Positions 38,793 to 52,693 are shown, counted from the stretch's first letter. The stretch: 64,000 nt of DNA from Octopus sinensis (GCF_006345805.1 NC_043009.1:63674001-63738000), one strand, 5' to 3'. Notes: generated from the letters alone by a model not told the origin. Numbers and translations are program-made.

Positions 38793-40119
38793 TGTGGACT
38801 ATTATGGAGTAAATTTTAGGGTATATAAATCTAATATTTTCCTATCCTTCCTTAATACCGGTTCCCCTATACTACTCATATCTGCACTTGGTCTGTTTAG
38901 GAGGTTGTTGTGTCCTAGCATATGTGCTGCTTCTTTTAATGAACATTCTACAAGACTCTATCATACTTATCAACATCATCATCATCATCTTCATCATCAC
39001 TTAACATTTGTTTTTCATGTTGGCATGGGTTGGATGGTTTGACAAGAGCTGGCAAGACTAGGAGTTGCACAAGGTTCCATGGTCTGTTTTGGCTTGGTGT
39101 CTACAGTCGGATGCCCTTCCTAACAACAACCACTTTACTGAGTGTACTGGGTGCTTTCTATATGGCACCATCACCAGTGCTTTTTTACATGGCAGAGGCC
39201 TAGGTCAACCCTGATGCATGACCAAAAGGACATTCAAACAACAATCAACCTATTTTTCTAAACAAAATTTCTCTCAGACTACACTACACAATCTATCCTT
39301 CCACTATTTAAAGACAGTAGGGTGCGAGAGTTGACAACTGCTTTCTAGCAGGTCAAGTAACCCTGTAGAGATTCCATTACTGCCTCATGTAAACATTTAT
39401 ATCAGTCAGTATAGGTTCTGAATTTTAGTTAAAAATCCTATGATTTTTTAACCAATCAGACAAAGAGATCTGTTAGGTCTGTTAATTAATTGGATGATTC
39501 TAGACTTCAAGATTTCCAGAGACTGGTATCGGGTTTTTGTGATCCCCTAGGATGTTAATAGCGAAAGGAGCCAGTTTCATACCAGGATATGTGATTTATA
39601 TCTTGGTCATTTGTATTCTAGTCCAATTACTCATTGATTAGTTTACAATATCCTGTTCTACTTTTGCTTCATTTCACACTAGAGAAATTTTTAAAATCTT
39701 GAGACACTGATTAACTACCAATTTTGAAAAACCAATTAATTACCAGAATAATCTCAGACACTAACAATTTACCAATGTGACCTGAAACTGTAATGAAGGA
39801 CCAATATGATCTCAAATACTAATGAACTATAAATTTGACTTCTGGAAGTAGCAAACTATACTAATTTAACCTCAAAAACTAGTAAACTATTGTTATGACT
39901 TCAGACACTAATAAATCTACCATGATGATCTAAGACACCAATAAACTACTAATATGACCCTAGACATACTAATGTTTGGGGTCAACATCACCTAAGAAAC
40001 CAGTAAATTAGCAATATTACTTGAGGCACTAATGCACTACAGTATGACCCCTAGTTACTTAATAAGCTACCAATATGACCCAAGACATTACTATACTACA
40101 ATATCTGAGATAACCCTAC

Positions 40120-41150
40120 TGCCTTATTAATTTTCAATAGAAACGGCCTCCAGGATGTTATAACTACCGAAAATGACAAAGAAATATTTCGTGGAATGGA
40201 AATGAATGTAAAGAAAACCAAATCAATGACTAATCAGCAAGAAACAAGAGCCACCCAAAATAAATATTGCAATTGAAGGCAAGCCAATTGAACAGACACC
40301 AAAGATAACATGGCTGGGCCATCTGCAAACATAAAACGGGGGATGTGAAACAGAAGTCAAAAGAAGGACTGAGACACCTGTCTCAAAACCAGTTGAAAGG
40401 GGGGGAAATGTCAAACATAGATCAAGAAAACTTAATACTGAAACTACAAAAGATTATCTCTCTATATATAAACGGCAGTTTGTCTGTGTGTGTTTCTGTG
40501 TGTCTGTTTGGTTGTACCCTCACCCTGACCACGGCTTTCAACCGATTCTGATGAAACTTGACACACACATAGCCCAATGTCATAATTCAAAACTAACGCA
40601 GCGAAAATTTTGAAAAGTTCCCCCAGTTCTGAAAAAAATCGATAAATTCGACATGGGGTCGAGAATCAGAAACACAAACCACAGACTGTCTAGGGGACGC
40701 AACTCGACCTTTTTAACTAAAAAAAAAATTTACCATAATTTTTTTTCCATTTTTTGGCTATAACTCTCTAAAAATGCTTTATAGTTATTTCCCTTACAAA
40801 CCCGAGCAACGCCGGGCGATACTGCTAGTATGTTGTATATGGTACTCTCTCAATATATGGAGCTAAATCATGGATATTAACAAAAAGTTATTAACAAATA
40901 CATTAGAGGCTTTTGATATGTTGGCAAATAGAAAAATAGAAGACTTTGAAGAATATTGTAGACAGAATATAAAAACCAATGCTGAAATACTATGAATGAC
41001 AAAACTAAGGAAATATTATTAATCAGCGTCAAAGAGAGAAAACGAAAATATTTTGGGTACTTAATTAGAAAAAAAGAGTCAGCAGACACTGTTTCTGGAA
41101 GGAAAAATGAATAGGAAAATAGAAAGAAGACCAAGAATTATTGAGATAGA
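40120..41150 (+). mobile_element. Degenerate RTE-type LINE fragment interrupted by a Helitron
   Basis: Encodes MEMNVKKTK..., then IYGAKSWIL...LEAFDM...RKRKYFG...FLEGKMNRK, and continues across the insertion at 40457-40828. Confidence 0.75.
40457..40828 (+). mobile_element. Non-autonomous Helitron
   Basis: 5' TCTCTCTATATATAAA start with a GT/CTGT microsatellite-like tract. 3' GC hairpin CCCGAGCAACGCCGGG (40801-40816) followed by CTAG (40825-40828). Inserted between A and T with no TSD. Confidence 0.85.
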
Positions 41151-42173
41151 TAATATCAAGAATTGGACAGTGTTTGTGGGAGGAGACCCTGGGTTTCATC
41201 CCCCTCATGTATGCTTTCTCATTGGTAATGCTTTTCTGTATGTATGCTCAAATGTATTTGTCTTCCCAAATAAATTGCACTTCATGTTTTGAGGCTCTGA
41301 TAAAGTTGTAAGGTGTTACTCAGGCACTCAAATAAGAGCCCATCACATTTCATAGCAGAAACAGCTGCAAGCTAATGAAGTCCATAAGGTTATTGTTTAT
41401 TCTTTTATGGTCTCTTTTTTTTTTTTTATTACTACTACTCTGTACTCAACTAAAGTGTAATTCTGAAACACATATACTGAGTGCTACACCAGGTGATTAG
41501 TAAAAAAGTAAGTAAAACAAGTAAAAACGATCCTTAGAATATAATGACCCTTAAAATTCGAAGTACTGAGAGTAGGCAATACCTAACAGTGATGACCGTG
41601 GACGCTGATAAATTACAATATAACTTGAGATGCCAACAAGCCACCAATATGATCTCAAACACTAATGATCTTTCATTACAACCTCAGATACTAATAAACT
41701 ATGAATATAACTGCAGACACTAATAAACCATTACTATGACCTAAGGCACTAATAAACTACCAATATAACCTCAGACACTAGTCAACTACCAATACGGCAT
41801 CAGACAATAGTAAACTACCCATTTGACCTCAGACAACAATAATGAATGACCAATACAATCTGAGACACCAATAAACTACTAATATAACTTCAGATTCTAA
41901 CAAACTACCAATACAAACTGAAGTGGTAATTAACTACCAGTATAAGAGCAGGCACAGGTGTGGTTGTGTGGTAAGAAGTTTGCTTCCCAACTACATGGTT
42001 GTGGGTTCTGTCCCACTGCATGGCACCTAGGACGAGTGTCTTCTACTATAGCATCAGGCCAACCAAAGTTTTGTGAGTGGAGTGGATTTGGTAGATGGAA
42101 ACTGAAAGATAACTGTTGTGTGTGGGTGTGTGTGGGGGTTGTCCCCGACAACCAGTGTTGATGTGCTTACATC

Positions 42174-42459
42174 CAGGGCTGTGGAGTCAGAGTTGTGGAG
42201 CCGGAGTCAGAAACAATTAAGGGGTAGCTGGAGTCGGAGTCAGTAAAACTATACCGACTCTGATTCTGACTCACAATGTCTTTATTCTTAAATATAAACC
42301 AGTTATAACATATAGGCCTACTCAAAGTACAAGCGTATGAATATGCTTTATGGGGTATGTAGACCACAATCACTTAATTACATAAAGAGGAGTCGGAGTC
42401 AGCGGTGCCACTAGTACAGGAGTCAGAGTCAAAGTTTTTGTTTCAACTCCACAGCCCTG
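42174..42459. mobile_element. hAT-type MITE with GGAGTC subterminal repeats, nested in a SINE
   Basis: TIR CAGGGCTGTGGAGT / ACTCCACAGCCCTG. 8-bp flanks CTTACATC / CTTGCATT. The host SINE resumes at 42468. Confidence 0.85.
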
Positions 42460-43219
42460 CTTGCATTCCTGAAACTTAGCAGTTCAGCTAAAGAGACTGA
42501 TAGAATATGTGTCCGTGTTTGTCCCCCCCCCCACCATCGCTTGACAACCGATGCTGGTGTGTTTACATCCCCGTAACTTAGTGGTTCGTCAAAAGAGACT
42601 GATAGAATAAGTAGCAGGCTTAAAAAGAGATACTAATTGCTGGCGTCGATTCATTCACCTAAAATTCTTCAAAACGGTGCCCCAGCATGGCCGTAGTCTA
42701 GTAACTGAAACAAATAAAAGAAAACTCAGACACTTAACTACCAATGTCGCTTAAGACATCAATAAACTACCAATATGATCTGAGATTTTAATAAACTTTA
42801 CTAACACACTCCTAATATTAAACCTATATATCAATAAAGTGCCAATAAAACACTACTATGACTCCAGACACTACCAATATGGCATGGGATACTAATAAAC
42901 AACCGATATGATGCCAGAGACTAACAAAAAATAATTTCCATCATTAAAGATGAAATTCTAAGAGATGATGTTCCAGATTCCACCAGAAGAATTGTTAGCA
43001 AAACTAATCAATGTCTACAGAAAATTTGCTACCATTTAGATACAGGCGTGGTGGTGAGGTTCAGAAGCTTGTTTGCTGACCAAGTGGTCTTGGATTCAGT
43101 CCAATTGCATAGTACCTTGGGCAAGTGTCTTCTACTACAGCCCTAGGCCAACCAAAGTGGATTTGCTAGGCAGAAACTCAACACAAAAGCCTGATGTGTG
43201 TGTGTGTGAATACATACAG

Positions 43220-43306
<87 letters not shown>

Positions 43307-43339
43307 TAGATAAATAGATAGATATAGATATATGTATGT

Positions 43340-43461
43340 ATAATTGTTAAATAGAACGACAAACGTTAAGACAAGGCAAACATCTCAAGTCATAAATAAT
43401 ATTGTATATAACTGGAGATGTTTGCCTTGCCTTAACGTTTGACGTCCTGTTTAACAATTAT
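43340..43461. mobile_element. Palindromic hairpin MITE
   Basis: 51-bp arms (43340-43390 / 43411-43461) with 5 mismatches, a 20-nt AT loop, and TA context at both ends. Confidence 0.7.
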
Positions 43462-44424
43462 ATTTCCACTATATCGGAAATCTGCAATGGCTCCATAACT
43501 ACCATCTCGGCTATAACCTTCCTTGGAGTCCTCGTAATCCATTACAGCCCTTACCTAGCGTACCTTGTCATTTAGACCACCTGTGAACTAAACCCCCATA
43601 CTTGGTATATGTATGTATGTATATGTGTATATGTACATATTTGTGTGTGTATCTTTGTATTTGCGTTGTATTTGTTTTCCACCCACACTGCCTGACGACT
43701 GGTGTTATTGTGCTTATTTTGCCTCAACTTAGCAGTTCAGCAAAAGAGTTCAACAGAATAAATACCAGATTTTACAAACACAGCAACAAGTACTGGGGCA
43801 CTGGGTCAGTCATACTCAGTGCCCCAGCCTGGCCACAGTCCAATGACCGAAACAAGTAAAAGATAGAAGATTTTAACATCATGAGATCCATTTTTCCTTC
43901 ATTTGAAAGCCACATCTTTTATCTTTTGCTTGTTTCAGTCATTCCACTGTGGCCAGGCTGGGGCACCACCTTGAAGAAATTGAGTCAAATGAATCAACCC
44001 CAGTATTTGATATTTTGCTTAACCTGGTATTTATTCTATCATTCTATTTTGCCGAACTGCTAAGTTACAGAGGCATAAACACACCAGCATCAGTTGTCAG
44101 GAAGTGTTGGAAAATAAACACACATACACACACACAAACACATATGCACACACATATATATGTGTGTGTGTGTATGTGTGTGTGTGTGTAAATTTTTAGG
44201 ATACGAAAGAATCAAGTATTTTGCCGAAATCAGGTCAGGAGTGTCATCTGGCACTATGTCCATTTTTCTTGAAAAGTTCTTATTGTTAATTCTTTCTTGT
44301 ATTCACCTACTGAAAATGGGTTTTTTAGCATCATGTAACAATTTTCTTCATCAATAAAGAACACATGTGAAACAGCGGAAGTGAACCACAACCTATCTGT
44401 GTTATTATTCATATATATATATAT

Positions 44425-44687
44425 AGGCACAGGCATAGGTGTGTGGTAAGAAGCTTGCTTCACAAACACAGGTTCCAGATTCAATCCCACTGCATGGCAC
44501 CTTGGGCAAGTGTCTTCTACCATAGCCTCGGGCCACACGTGTGCTAAGTAGCTTCCTAACCAACCACATAGTTCTGGATTGAATCCTACTGCATGGCACC
44601 TTGGGCAAGTGTCTTTTACTATAGTCTTGGGCTGACCAAAGCCTTGAGAGTGGATTTGGTAGATGGAAACTGAAAGAAGCCCCGTCA

Positions 44688-44718
<31 letters not shown>

Positions 44719-44912
44719 ATGTGTATTTGTCCCCCCCAACCATCGCTTAACAACCGATGCTGGTGTGTTTACATCCCAAAAACTTAGCAGTTCGGCAAAA
44801 GAGACTGATAGAATAAGTACTAGGCTTACAAAGAATAAGTCCTGGGGTCGATTTGCTTGACTAAAGGCGGTACTCCAGCATGGCCACAGTCAAATGACCG
44901 AAACATATGAAA
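44425..44912 (+). mobile_element. Family A SINE with a duplicated head
   Basis: Two head/CORE segments (~44430-44535 and ~44540-44650), then body and tail. An inverted partial copy follows immediately at ~44920-45080. Confidence 0.8.
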
Positions 44913-46834
44913 GAATATACAGGACAGCTTCTTTCAGTTTCCGTCTACCAAATCCACTACAGCTCCTACAGCTCAAGGCCAAAGTAGAAGAGACATGCCC
45001 AAGGTGTCAGGCAGTGAGACTGAACTCAGAACCATGTGTTTGGGAATGAAACCTCTCACCACACAGCCAAGTCTGCACCAACACATTCTGTTTAATGTAA
45101 TCAACTCCGGGCTGCCTGAAAGGATATTTTATTAAATATACGACACAATATGGGATGAAAATGTAATCATTAATAATGAAGCAATGAAAATATTAACTGA
45201 CCTTTTAATAACAATTACATCTCGTTAGTGTCACGACACATTCACTTGGCATGCTGGCACAATTTTATATAGGAAAATAGATATAATAGTACTGTTTGGT
45301 TTTGTTCTTATGTCAAATCAAAACTTCTAAGAAGGCTGCACCCAAGCCCTTTGTTACTATATTTCTGTTGAAATATGCTGCTTTTCATCATCATCATCAT
45401 CATTTGACATCCATTGTCCATGCTGGCATGGGTCGGACAGTTTGACTAGGCTGGCACACTGGAAGGCTGCTCCAGGCTCCAGTCTGATTCGGCATGGTTT
45501 TCTATGGCTGGCATGGTTTTTCCTAATGCCAACCACTCTCAGAGTGTAATGGGTGCCTTTACGAGCCACTGGCATGGATGCCATTTGTGTGACACCGGTA
45601 TCTGCCATGAATGCGAGTTTGCTCGGCTTGATGGGTCGTCTTCTCAAGCATGACATAATGCCAAAGGCCTTGGTCATTGCTTCCATGAGGCCCAACATGC
45701 GAAAGGAACTCAGCCACAAAATAGTGAAGAATTTAGTAACAATACTTTGTCATTAATAAGATGTTGCTTGGAACATAAATTGATTTCAGATTTTGGAGCA
45801 AGACCAGCAATTTGGGGGGGAGGGTGCAAGTCAATTACATCACCCCCCAGTATTCAACTGGTACTTATTTTATCGATCCCAAAATGATGAAAGGCAAATT
45901 CGAGCTGTGTGGAATTTGAACTCAGAACATAAAGATGGACAAAATACCACAAAATGCCAAGCAGCTTTTAACCTTAACTTAACTTCACACTTTTGTATGC
46001 TTTTATTTCAATTTATTTTGAAAATTTATTTCAATTTATTTTGAAGAATTTAGTCACATAACTTTGTAATTAATAAGCTGGTGTTTGGAACATATATTAA
46101 CGAACATATTGGTGGAAGGTTATAATTTAGATCGTTTTAAAACAGGAAGTTTGTTACATACAGACAGGTTGGTATCAAAAGGGTTAAATACCTCAAAATC
46201 CACAAATCACAGGTCAGTAGGTTTTCCCACTGTAATAGTAGACTAATAATTACCCCTATACCATATGGACAATTACCCCCCATCTAATAAAAGACTGTTG
46301 CTTCACACCTGACTTACTGATAGTTACCAATAACAACAGATAGTGTTTCCATCATCATCATCATCATCATTTGATATCTGTTTTCCATGCTGAGAATAGG
46401 TTAGACTGTTTGACAGGAAGTGGCAATGCAAAAGGCAGCACCAATCTCTGCTGTCTGTTTTGGCAGGATTTCTATGGCTGGATGCCCTTCCTAACACCAA
46501 CCACCATGGAGAGTGTACTGGGTGCTTTTTACGTTGCACCAGCGGCAGTGAGGAGGACAAGAGCCCTCAACTGATGGTGGGGGTAGTAATATCAAAGGGG
46601 GCGAAACGTGTCTTGTGTTAGAGGACAAACATAGCTTCCTCAAGTGGAGAGAGAGAGAGATAAGAGAGAAGATGGTGAAGATGTGATAGGGATGGGGTAG
46701 GGGCCACACAACCAAGTTACAGGGAGGTGTATGTACATAGAGAAGTGGACCAAGGATTGGAGAAGTTATAACCAACACCCCACTATCGGTGGTGTTGGTT
46801 ATAACTTCCCCCCCTCCTTGGGTAACAACTAGCG

Positions 46835-46947
46835 GTAGTGGTGGTGGTGGTGGTGGTGGTGGTGGTTATTAACCTGACCATTACTGCTGGTGGTACTAGT
46901 TATATCTCCCCTTCCTCATCTAACCACCACCACTTCTACTGCTGCTG

Positions 46948-46980
<33 letters not shown>

Positions 46981-46981
46981 T

Positions 46982-47023
<42 letters not shown>

Positions 47024-47105
47024 AACTACTACAACTACTACCACTACTACTACTACTACTACAACAACTACTACTACTACTGGTGGTGGTGGTGGTGGTG
47101 GATAA
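46835..47105. repeat. (GGT)n/(TAC)n trinucleotide tracts
   Basis: Directly visible. Similar tracts at 22220-22395 and 35085-35415. Confidence 0.92.
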
Positions 47106-48171
47106 GGTTATAACTTCTCCCCCCCATCTCATAGTTATAACCCCCCCCTCTTCTCATCTACCTACTCCAACTGGTGGCACTAGTAACAACTCGGTCCAGA
47201 CGTCAGCTAATTTCTAATACTGGTCTAGCGCTGGTTTCATATGAGAGCTAAACTTTAATAACTGGAACAGGGCAACTAAAGGCCCATCCCTTCTTATGTA
47301 ATGCTAAAACATGCCCCCCCCACCCTCCAGCACGACATAATTAACTGTGAATATAACATAATGCAAAGTTCAAGGAAACGAGCAGTGCTCTGTTTTGTTA
47401 GACTGTCTCCAAAACTACAACATACAAATTTATTTATATTAGTACATCGTTACTCACTGACTAATGAGACTGATAATGAAATATTCCCCAAGGCACAGAT
47501 CAAAATCTAGTCTCATGAGAAGGGGCTTTAATTTAATTTAATTTCTACCTATTCTACAACAAAAGCATTATTTTCCAGAGATACGTCACCAAAGTTCGCT
47601 CCATCTCTTCCTTGTTTTTGTTTTTGTTTATTTTTCTCCCCCCCCCCCCCACTGAGTACTGCAGCCAAAATGCCATATTATAGTTTGAGTTGATATGTTG
47701 GAAGTTATTTATAGACTAAATCGAGGTGATAGAAGGAAAGCCTTTTCACAAAATATGCTTTATTTTCGCTAATTATTTTCACCCATGCCACAGATATTAA
47801 AATTCCATTCATACCAAAAGTGCAAAAACAAATTTTTGAAAACCAGAATTTCAATGAGAAATATAGGAACATACACTGTGTGTGTGTGTGTGTGTGTGTA
47901 ATTGTCTATATACATATCTGTGTGTGTGTGTGTAATTGTCTATATACATATTTGTGTGTGTGTATGCTTGTACTCAACGAAAGTATAGAGTAACCTTTCA
48001 ATTAAAATAAAAAATAAACATTATTATAAATATATAAAAAATAGAAACAAACATTAATATATATGTGTGTATATATACATATATGTATATGTGTATATAT
48101 GTGTGTGTGTGTGTATATATATGTGTGTGTGTGTGTGTGTATAGAGTGTTTGAAGTGGTGTACAAATCATG

Positions 48172-48314
48172 TATATTGAGAGAGAGGAGGCAGTCAGAAT
48201 TTTGGATAATTCTTTATTCATGGTTTCGTTCATTTATCGAGCTTGTCAATAAACAAACGAAAGCACTAATAAAGAATTATCCACAATTCTGACTGCCTCC
48301 TTTTCCTCAATATA
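48172..48314. mobile_element. Palindromic hairpin MITE
   Basis: TATATTGAG...GGAGGCAGTCAGAATT..GGATAATTCTTTATT pairs with its reverse complement over nearly the whole 143 bp; TA termini. Confidence 0.7.
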
Positions 48315-48439
48315 TATATATATATATATATGTAGAAGGTTGAAAAGGAACACACGAGCTGATATGGATAAGGAAAATAAGACACAGTAGAAAATGCTAA
48401 AATAATTTTATCATGAAGACCATTTTAGCACTGGTTCAA

Positions 48440-48770
48440 TCATTGAATTATTTATCATTCAATCATCCTCTCACTTCCATCATTCAATCATTCATCATTC
48501 AATCATCTTCTCACTGCCATCATTCAATCAATCAATCATTCATCACTCAATCATCATCTCACTTCCATCATTCAATCATTGAATCATTCATCATTCAATC
48601 AGCCTCTCACTTCCATCATTCAATCATCTTCTCACTTCCATCATTCAATCATTCATTATTCAATCATCTTCTCATTTTCCTCATTCAATCATTCATCATT
48701 CAATCATCTTCTCACTTCCATCATTCAATCATCCAATCATTCATCACTCAATCATCCTCTCACTTTCATC
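48440..48770. repeat. ATCATTCA-rich complex tandem repeat
   Basis: Repeated CTCACTTCCATCATTCAATCAT units. Confidence 0.8.
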
Positions 48771-49703
48771 CTGTTGCCTGACTAACAAAAAACGACATTG
48801 CATTGAATCCGTCCATATTCAACCCAACCTTATCGTTACTTCGTTATTCCTAGCCAACACTCTCTTCATCTTCCCTATTATTCCCTTTCTGCGTGTGTGT
48901 GAGTGTGTTCTAGATATTCTCAATTAAAAAAACAAAACAGATCATGTTCAGTTAAGTACTCCATGAATTGTAAGGTGAGGGGCTTATATTCTAATTATGC
49001 CATTGTTTCATTGTTATGGTTCAAAGATCCTTGTAGCCGGGGTCATGGACAAGTCGTACATATCCTATGTCTGCACGCCATCACCTTCTTGGATTTCTGG
49101 TAGAGGAGTCGGCTCTTATCAAAGAGAATTAGGATTGCATCTTCTGCACACAAGTGACAAGATTTCACATTACCAGCATCTTCCACTAAAGGTCATATGG
49201 TACGTTACTTTCTTCAAGTTGTCTAGTGTAATTAAATAGTGAAACCCATGGACATTAGACGATGAGGAGGAGGAGGATACAGAAGGAATATATATTCAGG
49301 CAGCAGCTCATATTAAAATAGTTCAGCAGAGAAGCTGATGCAAACTTTGTATACATACACACACACATACCAAGAGCCATGAGTTCCATGAACTGGCACT
49401 TATCAAATGCATAATGCTCCTTCAGTCACTCTGTAATGTCAGCCAATTATTAATAACGGAATTCTTCTTCTTCTTCTTCTTCTTCCCTACCAAGAATTCA
49501 CAACGACCTCGAACCCACAAGAGTAAACAAGAGAGACGGAGACAGGCAGAAACAAGGAAAATGCCACTTGTATTTGAACACTATACAAATATTCTTTTAA
49601 AAAAAACTTTTCTTTTAATTTTTCCAAAATTTAATTGTTTTCCATACTTACAGCTGAAAAAGTCTCAAATTATTTTAGCATTTTCTATCTTGACTTTTTT
49701 TCC

Positions 49704-49734
<31 letters not shown>

Positions 49735-50192
49735 CATACACACTTAAGTCTTGAGATCTATTTTCCTGTTGCTTAACCAAACCTATACATATATATTGGG
49801 TCATCCCATAAATAATGTGTTTTTTTTAATTGCATGAACTAAAAGTTGGAGAGGGATGGGATAAACTACCTGCATCAACTTGCTATAAAAGCAGGTAGTA
49901 ATTTTACCTTGTCCTTATTCTTAGAGAAAGTTTTGGAGAGTGCAGTTCCATTTTAACAGTTATTTTTTCAAAGCTATAATAGAAGGGACGAAGGAGCATA
50001 TTCAGCATATTTTGCTTTATGAGTTTATGATACATTCTTGGTTTGGAGAGAAATGGAATAAACCATGTGTTCAGAGCCTTAGGAGTGTCATGAGACATAA
50101 GGCATGTTATAAAAACCTGCCTAGACTCATGTCTCCAAAGAAAGAACCATTAATTAGTAGCTCACATCTTTATACTGTGTACATATTAAATA

Positions 50193-50224
<32 letters not shown>

Positions 50225-50303
50225 CTATGTAGTTCAAAAGACAAAGACAGGTATAGGAACAACAAGCAGGTGTATTAGTTTGACGGTCAGGAAGAATGGA
50301 AAA

Positions 50304-50342
50304 GTCTTTTACGTTTCGAGCCTATGCTCTTCAGCAGAAAGG
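50304..50342 (-). ncRNA. Variant hammerhead-like motif from a second, unrelated Penelope-like repeat
   Basis: Minus strand CCTTT-CTGCTGA-A-GAGC ATAG GCTC-GAAAC-GTA-AAAG. Same topology as family E, but the core has C at A6. Confidence 0.4.
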
Positions 50343-51159
50343 ATCAAGAGTAAAAAAAAAACTGAGAGAGAGAAAAATGTGCAGAATTCAACGGTCCAAC
50401 ATGACAAGATGACCGGGAAAAAAGAGGCTGAATTAAAGGGAGATAATAATTGTGTGTGTGTGAGAGGGAGAGAGAGTGACAGAGAGAAAGAGCACATCAC
50501 CACCATTTTAACATGTACTTTTCCATGTTTGCAAAAGGTCAGATGAGAGTATGTTGGGGGTGAGAGTTTTCTATATCCAAATGCCCTTCCTGTTGCACAC
50601 CACCCCAGTTGTTTCTTAGCGGGGTAATAATCTCCCCGTTTGGATATGGTTTACTTAGGGAGCTGGAATGAATCAACACCACCACATGAATGAGTCCTTT
50701 GTTTATAAAGTTTGAACAACATGTCAACACAAGTCAAGAAGCCTGGACGAACTTTCATGATGGACTGCAAGCAAACAACATTATTAGAGAAACCATTGTT
50801 TAGAATATGTGAATGAACACACATGCAGATGAAGGAATCACAGACTGACTCATATAGGGCCTAGGACTACAAGAGAAGAGGTAACATGTAGTGAGTCGGA
50901 ACCCAAAACCATGTGGTTGGGAAGCGAATTTCATATCCACACAATCTTATAATATTTTTATTTGAGGGTAATTTGGCTGCTATATCTATTTGGTCAAGCT
51001 ACTGAATCTCCCTCATTTGCTCAAAAAGACACATATATGCATGTAAGCCAGTAGGGTGTGACATGAATGAAAATTTGGTTGCTATTTCTAACATGTCAAA
51101 CTACCACTCAGCGTTCTCCCTCGTTGGCTCAGTAGCTCTAAACCTTTTGCATTTGGATT

Positions 51160-51355
51160 ACTCTCTTTTACTCTTTTACTTGTTTCAGTCATTTGACCAT
51201 GGCCATGCTGGAGCACCGCCTTTAAGCCAAAGAAATCGACCCCAGGACTTATTCTTTGTAAGCCTAGTACTTATTCTCTTTTGCTAAACCGCTAAGTTAC
51301 GGGGACATAAACACACCAGCATCAGTTGTCAAACGATGTTGGGGGACAAACACAG

Positions 51356-51406
<51 letters not shown>

Positions 51407-51580
51407 ATATATATACAACGGGCTTCTTTCAGTTTCCATCTACCAAATCCACTCACAAGGCTTCAGTTGGCCCGAGGCTATAGTAGAAGACACTTGCCCA
51501 AGGTGCCATGCAGTGGGACTGAACCCAGAACCATGCGGTTGGTAAACAAGCTACTTACCACACAGCCACTCCTGTGCCTA
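51160..51580 (-). mobile_element. Family A SINE
   Basis: Full reverse-complement copy. Confidence 0.82.
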
Positions 51581-52693
51581 TGAAAATGCTTATTTATTCA
51601 TATTGTTTTGAATTAATCAAACATTATCTCACAGCTTGGAAAATTTGATGATGAGATTGTTTATTTTTAGAATGACAACACAGGGTAGGCTCTGGCTAGT
51701 TTGAATATAACACAGAGAAAAGATTTGGGCTGGATATGTCCAGCTTAAATGCTAAGGGACGAAGAGTCAAATAGAAGCTCCTTATTTTATACATGCATAA
51801 AACAGTAGGGCATGGTTTGAAAAAGTTTCAGCTATGCTTTCTATCAGTTCTAATTACACTGAAATCACATATTTTTTACATTTATCAGTTTGTGTTGCAT
51901 GATTCCTGATGCGTATTTTTGTATCTCAGGATGGTCATTTTTTTTTTTTTGCCAAATAAACACACGTACTATATATTTTGTTCTTCATTCGTTTATTTCT
52001 GTTCTTATTTTAACTCATGTCCATTGTCTGGAAATCTCTCATCACACATCTGTGACCTCTTCAGTGACACTTTTCATTTTTGTGTGTGCTCTTTCTCCAC
52101 TTACTCCATTCTGTCTGAATGGAGTAATTGGAGCAAGAGCACATGTGTAAACGATTTCCGGACAATGGACATGAGTTAAAATTTTTTTTTAAATCAGTAA
52201 TAAACAAGAAAAGAACAAATATATAGTGTGTGTGTGTGTGTGTTTATTTGGCAAAAAAAAAATGACCCTCCCAAAATACACCAATACATATTTTTGTCTT
52301 CCAGCAGAATCGTCAGTGCATCAAATAAAATGCTTGTGGTATTTCTTCCAGCTCGGAGTTTTGATTCTGCCAAGGTTGACTTTGCCGTTTGTCATTTCAT
52401 GGTCAATAAAACAAGAACCAGTTGAGTTCTAGAGTAAATGGCCCAATCCTAAATTGGAAATTAATATTATTATTATTATTATTTATTAAGGTGGCAAGCA
52501 AGCAGAATCATTAGCACACCAGGCAAAATGCTTAGCAGCATTTTGTCCATCTTTATGGTCTGTGTTCAAATTCCCTTTCATCCTTTGGGGGGCGGTGATG
52601 AAATAAGTACCAGTTACATACTGGGTCAATGTACTCAACTAGCACCCCCTACCAGCCCCCAAAGTTTCAGGCCTTGTACCTCTGATAGAAAGG

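Larger units (their letters stand above)
39700..42930. repeat. Degenerate ~28-29-bp CTCAGACACTAATAAACTACCAATATGAC minisatellite split by insertions
   Basis: Segments at ~39700-40110, 41580-41940 and 42720-42930. Confidence 0.7.

Noticed and set aside
38860-38960. Short open frame after a ttgtAG on the gene strand
   Set aside because: No convincing donor and no recognisable protein similarity.
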